A stretch of 64,000 nucleotides of DNA from Rhodosorus marinus CCMP1338 (lineage: Eukaryota; Plantae; Rhodophyta). The stretch spans positions 2,108,001 to 2,172,000 of the forward strand of contig JAMWBK010000005.1 of NCBI GenBank assembly GCA_029953675.1, read 5' to 3'. The translations under genes and the position numbers were made by a program. The notes beneath the pieces are model-generated. The model searched no databases, was not told the DNA's origin, and saw only the letters and a list, made by a program, of their open reading frames with translations. Shown here one piece after another: positions 13,140 through 22,904 of the stretch (positions within the stretch are counted from its first letter, which is position 1; every line of letters starts with the position of its first letter).

Positions 13140-13245
13140 AAGACACGTGTGATAAAATTAAACTGCTAAAGGTTGTTTTATTTTATACCATTGGTTAAAT
13201 ACGATAATTTAAACCAATTATATATCTTATTTGACACACGTGCAA
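13140..13245. promoter_or_regulatory. AT-rich island with inverted CCAAT boxes flanked by two CACGTG (G/E) boxes
   Basis: CACGTG at 13144 and 13237. attggttaaat (13190-13200) and atttaaaccaat (13207-13218) form an imperfect inverted repeat. Confidence 0.5.
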
Positions 13246-15630
13246 TAGTATAATTTGTTTAAAAGGTACCTTCAATATCATTCGACAATAATGTACCTAT
13301 ATTAAGATATCAACAGATCTAAATTTATGTACGGCACTCTGGTTTTTTGACAGGGGGAATGGATTCAACAGCTTAACGCAGATCTGAGCGTCTTGTGTTC
13401 TATATTTCGAAAGGCTTCTTTTTTTGTTCGGAATACTGTTCGCCGGGGGAGGGCTACTCGGATACGGAGATGACTGATTCGTACGCTGATAGCGCTGTTC
13501 ATGGAATTGGAATGATCGAAAGATAGCCATACCACCTTATCTGGCAAAGAGATGTTAAACTTTTAAAAATTGTACATCCCTCCCGAGCTCGTCACTCTTC
13601 AGCTTCTCGCTCAAAACCCTTTTCGAACGCTTGTGTCGGTGAGGTGTAGGACGCCAGGACAAAATTGGATATCCGTCTGTCTCTACTGTGCGTCCGCTCA
13701 AGCTGGTACCCATGCCTGAACTCTTGCAACCATTCCCTCATTTTCTTCGAGAAAGCGATCAACATCCCAGCTCTGGGACTCGACGATAGCCGTCGCCGTG
13801 ATCGCGAGCGGATGGAGAGGACTTTGATCCGTACTTCGCATCCATTGCCATCGGGCAGAGGGATTACTCTTTTTTGAGAGGTCCATCTGCAGCCGATCGG
13901 ACCCGATCTTCTAAGTTAAAGAAATATGGCCGAGCCTGTGATGTCTGTGTGGATTCAAGCGACTGCTTTCGTCTCGGTTGAACGGGTTTGAAAGTGGGGT
14001 TGGTCGTGTGCAAATGAAGAGACTCGCGTACCGAAAAGCCCTGGAGCTCGGGTGTCTCCACGAGAGGATCAAATATTAGCCATGTATGAATCGTGGAGTG
14101 GAATGTACAATATGTGGCCGAGTTAGAGGAAGCGGGTGGATGTCATAGTTTCGGTCATGGCTGACGCAAGCATCAAATCCAATTAGCAGACCTCGTGGAG
14201 CCCTGCGTTCTGGAAGATTGAGAAACTGAGCGGGCGTCGATGATGGATCGGCATAATCTGCTCCGGTAGGAGATGATAAACGTCAACCCTAGGCCCAGGC
14301 AAGGTTGGCTCTACTATATCAGCGATAGTCAAAAAACAAACATGTCATGTGCTAATTTTTTTTTGAAGGGGGGTCAGCGGTAAGAAGCCTGAACACTTTT
14401 TGTGCATCCATCGGTTTGCGCCTTTTTTTACGTCCATCCTGGTTTGGACAGTGCTCTATGATGCGAACTTTTGACGCTTGGCTACTGAAATCACACAGTT
14501 TGTTTTAAATAACGTGATGCATACATGTCTTGGCTGACGGGCTTCTATACAAGTGTTCTCCCAAATTTGTCCGAAGCATAGAAATCCGAGCTGACCTCTA
14601 TCCTCGCGCATGCCTTCATCCCGAACTTCTTGCTAAACAGGGAAACTATCCAAGGAGGAAACTGTATCCGAACTCGTTCCACTGGAGAGCATCGAAGTTC
14701 CTCGAGGTGGATACTAGAGTGACCAAAGGAGAGCCGGAGCTTCCCTCGATTCCACTTTTCATCATCACGGTCGGCTACATTCGTTTAGCTCGTAATGCAA
14801 TAAGGCTTCGATTGGTAAAGTCTAGATCGGCTTCTTGCTCAATATCTCACACTTCTCAAAAGCTGCATACGGATCTTCTCATTGGCAAACGCTTTCCTGT
14901 AGACGCAAACAACACCGGTGGTAAGAACCTTTTCAGAAACTGTCCAAACCAATAAACTTCATGCAAGTTTGAGCCCGAAAAAAAGCGCAACTGTCTCAGC
15001 CGGGTAAACGGCATAAATAGAAGGTATATGATCATCTTCAACGATCCAAAGGATCTACGGAACCTTCATATCATCATCAAAAGCCGCCGCTATTTTCTTG
15101 TAGTTCGAAGACAAATGGCAAACTAAAAGCGTGGCATCCAAGGCCAGTTCCAACTCGTGTTCATGGAGACTCACCCAACACTTTCCCCCGATTCCTTCCC
15201 CCTTTTGGAGGGCTCATCGCCTCCAATTAACATCAACTGCGTTTCTTGTCAATACGGAACTCAAGAGTAATTCTACTCCTATACCACAATATGAAGTCTG
15301 TATTCTAAGCAGCACCGAATCTAACCGCGTCAAACCCTTGCTCGTTCCACACGGCAGTGGCAAGATTCCAAATGTGGGCCCCTTCCCCGTTGACATCTCC
15401 ACCACGGCCGTCAATCTCCGGAGTTTGAACAATCAACATCTTAAAACGTCCAGAAGACTTTGTACAATACTTGACCGCCGCTTTCATCAGAGTTAGGGCG
15501 AAGGTGCTTCACTCTCGGGGATGTTTTCCGCAGCAATTTTCATCCGGGTTCGTCGATCGCGTCTATTGAGCTTTCACAAACTATGCTTAGTACCTATTTA
15601 ACGCTGGTGCCGACGAGTCTTGAGGTCGAA

Positions 15631-15900
15631 TCTGATGATAGCAATGAGCGGAAGTTATGTTGCTCAGATCGTGCATTTACGGACAACACTCAGACTGCCC
15701 CGATCAGCGCCCGAGCGACGATTCAGCCTGTCACCACGGTCTTTGCAAGGTCTGGTGGGACGAGGCGGTGGTGAGCGATGTGGATCGGATCTGATGATAG
15801 CAGTGAGCGGGAGCTAGTGCTCGGTGTGTGCGCGTGTGAACGGCACACAGAATGCCATGATCAGCACCAGATCAACGCTTTCGGTCTGCCACGGCTGTCG
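15631..15900. repeat. Degenerate tandem duplication, period 159 nt
   Basis: tctgatgatagcaatgagcggaagtta (15631) versus tctgatgatagcagtgagcgggagcta (15790) match at 24/27 positions. Similarity with small indels continues for about 110 nt (tgctc, caga.tgcc..gatcagc.cc.ga, ccacgg). Confidence 0.75.
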
Positions 15901-16556
15901 TACGAAGCCCTGTTAACTGTCGAAAAGTCTACTGTGAGCGTTGACGTGTAGAAAAGCTCCTGCAGACTCCATGAACATGCTGATCTCAATCTCAGGGTTT
16001 GCTACTCACAGCAACCAAAACAACTCTCCGCCAGTTTTCGTCATCCTACGCTCTGAGGGCAATATTAAGTGATATATTACATTCATCACAGTACTAGCTG
16101 CCAGTCACTTGGTCATAGATCGCTACCTAAACCAGCCGAACCCATCCCATTCCAGGATCAGTCATCCGTTTGTTCAGAACCTAACAACACTGAGAAGCGA
16201 GAAACAAGACGCTTATGACGCGCCTCCAACAATAAAGCAGCACCAGGGGGTCAAGGAGAGTTCCGTGAGGAGGCTCTGAAGAGACGCCCTGAGTTACTAC
16301 GAAAGCGCGCACGAAGCCAGCGAGAACCAACACCGCTAACTAAAACACCTCCCTATCACATCGCATTAGAGCGATCAACAATTTTGATTTTTCAATATCC
16401 TTTTCCGGATCGTTGTTTCAAGATTGGATTCAATGGGCACGATCTCGAGGGTTAGATTTGTGTGTAGTTGCAGTTGGATGGATTGGGTCATGGTTGTCGA
16501 GGTAGGGTGGCAAGACTTTGGAAAAGCGGATTTGGATGTTTCTAAGGTACGTTAGC

Positions 16557-17303
16557 ATGATAGGATTCGTGAGCAGTGGAAGTGGATGTGTACGATCAAA
16601 GGGTAGATCAGAAGTGTGCCAAGTTCGGTCTCACAATCGGCTGAGAAAGTCCGGAGTTGTGCTAAGAATGGCATCTTCAGAGGGGGAGAACGATTCGTCG
16701 GATGAGGGAGAGAAGACGTTCCCACTGCTGAAGGATTTCCTCGCTGGACTGAATGACCTGGGACATCTGAGAATTATCGGTAAGTTTGTCGAAAATATGG
16801 GCGATCCGCCCTGCATGCAAGCCTGACTTTCTCGGTCGTATTTGGGGAAGCACCCCTCACCACGTCCGTAGAGCATCCATAGAAGACAATACGATCGTTT
16901 TATCTGACTTGCACTTCGTCAACTATACACTGTGTTTACTCTGCCAGTGAAAAATGATGCGGCGGTATCTGAAGCAATTGCGAAGACGGAGAAGCTCTTC
17001 TATGCGACAATTCCATCCGGACTTGAGTACGCAAACATCATCGATCCATCCATCAATCTGGACCTGCACATGAAGCTCGCTGGTTACGGAGGAGCTCGGT
17101 TTGAGAAGGGCATCAGCCGTGGAGCCAACAAAGCACCGACATATATCATACGGATGCTTGGAACGGACAAGGAGACAGTGATGGTAAGCTTCTTCTTATC
17201 TGGGCCAGAGGGGCCGGGAGATATCACCCCGGAGCGCGTAGAGGCTTGGACAAAGCTGAAGGACACCTTTGCCGGCTCCGAGGATGAGACTTGCTGGTTT
17301 TAG
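16557..17303 (+). CDS. Plastid-targeted ChuX/HutX-like putative heme-binding protein of cyanobacterial type
   Basis: Transit-like N-terminus MIGFVSSGSGCVRS. Intron 16780-16947 yields LKDFLAGLNDLGHLRIIVKNDAAVSEAIAKTEKLFYATIPSGLEYAN...TYIIRMLG...GPGDITPERVEAWTKLKDTF. This parallels, from memory, the Anabaena ChuX-like protein (LKDFLEACETLGTLRLIV..AAVLEA..IEKLFYA..YAN..TYAIRFLD..GEYEPGQVEAWHTLKEKY). Confidence 0.8.
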
Positions 17304-17347
17304 CTTGTACTAAAGAAAACAGCACATTCACACTCGCTGCTTTGTTC

Positions 17348-18973
17348 TCACGTCGAGGCGCGGTTCAGGTAGTCACCGCGCAGTAGGCACGTTGGCAAGT
17401 ACGAATGCGAGAGAAATAGATAGCCCATGCTGAATAGTGCCTGAATCTCGAACTTGCCCTCCCGCATTCTCGTGAGCTCCGGAATATGCTCCGGAGCGAA
17501 CTCGAACTGTTCACGAAGTAGCCTGTCTAGCATCTTCCTGTCTCTTGGAGACAAGGGGATTGCCAGTGCAGGATCCAGCGCAAGAGCGTCGATGTGCGAC
17601 CTACGGAGTCCCAGCCAACAGAGGTCTATTCCTTCGCAGCCAAAAAAAAAAAATCTCATTTGTCCTCGGGGGCCAGTTGTTCGATTGTTGATTCCGTCTA
17701 CATACCAGAGCAGCAACCCGAAGCGTGGACAGAATTGGCAGAACCTCTTCTGTAGACTTCAAGAATCTCATACCCGTGTGGATTAAAATCCGCCAGTCCA
17801 ACCACTGGCACTCTGGGAGTGTCCGGATGGATTCGAAACGATTTTTTCTTCAGACTCATGTTCAAGCTCGAAGAGCTTGATGAGATGACTCGGCACCTAC
17901 CGGAAGTGCATGGCAATCCGATTTGTCATGGCGCGGGTCGAGAGCGAAGGGTAGCCTCCTCCGCAGATTAGGATGGATGGGACCCTACTCGTGAAGCTGT
18001 CCTCCACGAGCCTGTGGAAAATCCCAAACTTTTCGATCACTTGAGTGCAGGTCATTGATTGGTGCAAATGGTAGGAAAACTCGATAATCAGATTCTGAAC
18101 GATTGTGGACGACTTTCCAAGCGGTATGCACGATTGTAGCGTGCCAATGATAGCTCTTGGTCGTGTGTTTTTGAACTTGACTTGCATAATCAAATCGATG
18201 TCGCCGGGAATTGGCCATCCGCCCTGGAGAGACGCATGTGGATTTGATGAGCACGAGGAGGGTTGTTATTGCAGAGGATAGACTCTCTCGAAACATGCCT
18301 CAAGCTTTTCACAGTCGATCCATCCATCAAACTCGCCCGTTGAATTTGGTATTTGTATATGAATGGAACCAGCTATGGCTCCTGTCGACGCTGTAGTGAC
18401 GAGTAAGTCCGATCTTTCGCAGCCGAGACCGGACGCGATGTCTTTGATGATCTCGTTCACTTGAGCTTGGGTTGAAAAGTAGTTTCTCAGAACGTAGAAC
18501 ACCTCCCTTTGCGTAACCTGTCGCTACCCACGGGTCAAGGTTAGAGACGAAAGCAACTGCTAACGAGGGTGCTTCGCTGAACGTCACTACCGATCTGCCT
18601 TCGGAAAGATTCCCATAGAGAGTGTCCAGGACCGTGATTGTTCTAAAAAACTTCAGACCATGACGATCCCATCGTCTCGAGACCAGTCTACCTCCCCAAA
18701 TGAACGAACCATCATGCCCGCGAGAACACGCATCGTAGATTCGACTTCTAAAGACCAACTGCAGATCCGTCACACGCCCTTCTGTCATGGAACAGATCAA
18801 GCCCAGAACGAACCCTTCAACTGCTACCAAAACACGTTCTCTTAGACCTAAATAGAAAGACAAAAAAAGCACCGCACAACAGAGTTCCGGAACCCTTAAT
18901 CATCAAGGGCATTGAGTCACGCAATGTTCCAAAAGCAAAATAGAAACAAAGAAATGGCCTGCGTACTAGCCAT
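17348..18973 (-). CDS. SPO11-2: Meiotic SPO11 (Top6A-like), most similar to the SPO11-2 clade; about 7 exons
   Basis: Catalytic motif TQREVFY, Toprim segment IIVIEKFGIFHRL, GGGYPSLSTR, LADFNPHG (DxNP is SPO11-2-like), WLGL and KFEIQAL. The start is inferred from a 7-nt first exon ATGGCTA|GTACGC. Confidence 0.9.
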
Positions 18974-19811
18974 CCTGATTGACTCTCTCTTAAAACTTCA
19001 AACTAGTAATTTAGAAAAAGCTCCAAGGAAAATTTCGCTCCTGCTTTCCTCGTAATCTCCCTCTGCGCAATGTTCCCAGCCGCAACTCAGGAGTCTCGCG
19101 GAGTTTATGTACGTCAGCCGACTCTACACGAAGAAAAGGGAAAAATAGTACGGGTAGGGTACGTGATTCCCGCTTCGTTCAATAATAGTGATTAAAATTT
19201 TCATTTATAGAAACTTACTAAACGACACAAGCTTTTATCCCCCCCTGACCTTCCAGGATAATCTGAACTAGACCTGAGGACAAAATTCCGAAGCGCGGAC
19301 GACTGAGAAGGATAATTCGGTTAAGACTGTGAGCGTATACAAGAGTTTTCATCTGCTACGGGAAGGGTGATAGTAGTGTTTCCTACTATCCTGTAAAGTC
19401 ACCCTAAATGTTCCCCCATTGTTCAGTCTGGTATAATCTCCGTACGAGAACGGGTGGAATTGGACGTCCGGATGAAGATGTTCAGCCTTTTTGTTAAGAT
19501 CTTTGTTACATCCTTGAACTTAATAGATATGTATAGCTAACTGGTCTGGAAGATAGGTCCCTCCCGTCCGTCCACCCCCGTTCCTCGTGTCTGGACGGAA
19601 GAAAAAAGTTCGGAATTTGTGTGGACGGTCGGTGGGGTGAGATTGGGAAGTTGGGGGTTGCGCGGGGCAGAGGGTTTGGACGCAGGTATCTGTTCCAATT
19701 GCGTTTTTCTGTTCGCTTTCCAAACCAAACCGATTTCATCTGTTTTTTTTTATTTTGGTTCAGGCGTGAAAGGCTAACGTCGTTTGATTAAGGTCTGAAA
19801 AATTCTCAAAG

Positions 19812-21250
19812 ATGCTTGGATTTGTGGGATGCGGTGGAGCTTTGCGGGTTCGAGATGAGAGGGTGAGGAGTGGTTGTAGCAGGAGGCTTCGGCGTGAGGT
19901 GATTGTTTCTGTAGCGACTGAGCAAACAGATTCAGGGGTGTTCAGCTCAAACGTCCCAAATGAGTTTGGAAGATTTGGCGATTTCGGCGGTAGATATGTA
20001 CCCGAGACGTTAATGCCGGCGCTTGAGGAGCTCACGGCGGAGTGGGAGGAAGCCAAAAAGGATCCTGAGTTTCAGAAGGAGCTTGATGGGTTGTTGAAGG
20101 ATTACGTCGGAAGGGAAACACCGCTGTACTTCGCGGAGAGGCTGACCGAGAGGTACACGCGGGAGGACGGGACAGGTCCGAAAATCTATCTGAAAAGGGA
20201 AGATCTCAATCACACTGGGGCCCACAAGATTAATAATTCTCTTGGGCAGGCGCTTCTGGCTAAACGACTTGGACGGAAGCGAATCATTGCGGAAACGGGA
20301 GCAGGACAGCATGGGGTTGCAACGGCGACGGTCTGTGCCCGGTTCGGACTGGATTGTATCGTTTATATGGGGGCGCGAGACATCGAACGTCAGAGCCTTA
20401 ACGTCTTCAGAATGAAATTGCTGGGAGCTGAGGTGCGCCCAGTTACCACGGGTACCGCAACGCTTACCAACGCTCTTTCCGAGGCTATCCGAGACTGGGT
20501 CACGTACCCAGATACAACTCACTACATTGTGGGTTCAGTAGCTGGCCCTCACCCGTATCCAATGCTCGTCCGTGACTTCCAGTCGGTGATTGGAAAGGAG
20601 ACGAGGAAACAAGCTATGGAAAGCTTCAATGGCATTCCGGATATTTTGGTTGCGTGTGTTGGAGGAGGCTCCAACGCGATGGGATTGTTCCACGAGTTTG
20701 TCGATGATGAGCAAGTTCGTATCATCGGCGTTGAGGCTTCCGGAGAGGGCGTAGATACCACTAAACACGCGGCGACAATGACCAAAGGAAGGGTAAGGTT
20801 TGAACATGCTCGATTGAGACCCGTTTTAGTTTGGTCGACCCCGGCTGATTTTATTGACCTCTCGTTGTTCTCTAGGTTGGGGTGTTGCACGGATCGATGT
20901 CGTACCTTCTACAAAGTAGCGAAGGTCAGATTCTGGAAGCGCATTCAATCTCCGCCGGGCTTGACTACCCTGGAGTTGGCCCCGAGCATTCGTACATGAA
21001 AGATACTGGACGTGCGGAGTACTACCACGTGAGTGACGACGAGGCACTTGATGGTTTCAAGCTACTGTCACAGCTGGAGGGGATCATCCCTGCCCTCGAG
21101 ACGTCCCATGCGATTGCATACCTTGACAAACTGTGCCCTACACTGGAAGGCAGTCCCAACATCGTTGTCTGCTGCAGTGGCCGTGGAGACAAGGACGTGA
21201 ACACCGTTCTGGAATATCTCAAAGCCAAGGGCGATAGCTTGGTTGACTAG
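19812..21250 (+). CDS. trpB: Tryptophan synthase beta chain with plastid transit peptide; one intron (20793-20875)
   Basis: [34 protein letters not shown] (PLP lysine), [50 protein letters not shown] and CSGRGDKD. Confidence 0.97.
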
Positions 21251-22904
21251 AGCTGTTGGCCCACGCCTGGACCTGTGGTGGCTGGGCTATAGGAGCATAG
21301 GATTTCAGCGTATGGTGCCAGACCAGATCTCTCCACACCCCTTGCAAGTAATTTAGTAAAATAGAGTTATGGTTGTCTTTCGAAGAAAATGGCCGAGATG
21401 CTTTTCAATCCCAGTGAGATATAATTGATCTCGCTAAAGAAAGCAAATCGCTCCTGGCTAGGGCGTACCCCGACTCAACAGCAGACTATCTCAACCCGGC
21501 AAATCAAAGAGGCAGGGGTGGCACGACTGTTTGGCCACAAGAGTTTTCTGAATCATGATTGTTCACTGAGTCAAATCTCGATGGCCTCGAACCCTTTGGC
21601 TAGTTTGCTCCTCTTATAACTGTTTCCCTTGGATATCTCCCTGGTCTCGACCAGTTTGCCTCTCATGTGGCTAACTGATAAGCACTGTCTGCGATCATGA
21701 CCGGCACAATCAGCATTCAGAAAATTGCTCCCCAGTTCAATCACTTTCGCACATCACCAGCCATTACCTCGTAGATCATCCCTTAAGCAGGAACAAAAGG
21801 TCAGCGAAATGTTGGTAACTAAATGAATATTTTGGCCATTGCTTCGGGTTTGTGGCTCAGCCAAGAGTGGGTTAAACTTTAGAAGATAAGACTTTCATAT
21901 TAATGTAGATTTTCCCGGCCTCTGCCCTAACTGAACGGGAGAGCTGACGTGTTCGCGTTTCGCGGTTAAGAAGTTTCATAAATTTAAGAACGACCAGATG
22001 CTCCAGAAGTTATGTTTTACTCATAACGGGTTTTTTGATTTATGATTGGAACGGCGCACTTGTACATATCATTCATTGGTAAAACATAGACAGAATAGAC
22101 TGAAAGTAATCAAAAACGATACTATCATCTAAAATTCATTGTAGAAAGCAACATGGAACAGCTCGCCAATTGTGCTTATCAAAAATCCTTGGCTGCACCA
22201 ACAAAAAAAGGACGATCGCTCTAATTATTGGTAATTTATGCTTGTATGATTTTTAATTTAAGAAAATGATCTAGATATTATGTATTTCAAAATTATTGCG
22301 GAATACGTCTTTAAAAATGATATTTAAGTACTATAGATATGGCATAAGTATAGTGCGCTGTGCTTTGTTTTCTCCCCCAACATTTTCTTCCTTTTTTCAA
22401 GAGGGCCCAAACCAAATGACAAATTAAGTAAAAATGGACTTGGCAGTTTTTCCGCACTTTTGGCCTCTTAGATGTTTTGGAAAAACGAGCAAGCTCTGTA
22501 ACATTTGGGCGTCTTTGTATCCACAAACCACTATCTTCTCCTCCAACTTTTTTTTTTCGAATTCGGCTTTTGGTCATTCACGCGAAATTCTTGAGAGCGC
22601 TGTAAATTGGGGGGAACCTGAACGGCATGGAGGTGGAGGTTGGTAGAGGGCGTGGGAACGCATAGGGGTAGTTTAACGGTTGAGTAGTGAAATAGTCTCT
22701 TTGAAGAACTTTGTTGAGGTTTGGAGACTGGAACTGATATCAGAACGCGGCTTGATACAATGTGTGAGGTTTTGCGAAGAGCTTGAAGATGAAGGGAATG
22801 ATTTAGCGGGACAGGCCGGTCCATCACCGTGTTATGTGATTTTCGGCTTTTTGAGTAGAGCCCATTACCTGAGGCCAGTCGAGTGAAGGATAATTCCCGC
22901 GAGA

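Noticed and set aside
20450-20490. TrpB segment TLTNALSEA differing from the usual TLKDATSEA
   Set aside because: All core catalytic motifs are intact. One divergent patch is not enough to claim changed function.
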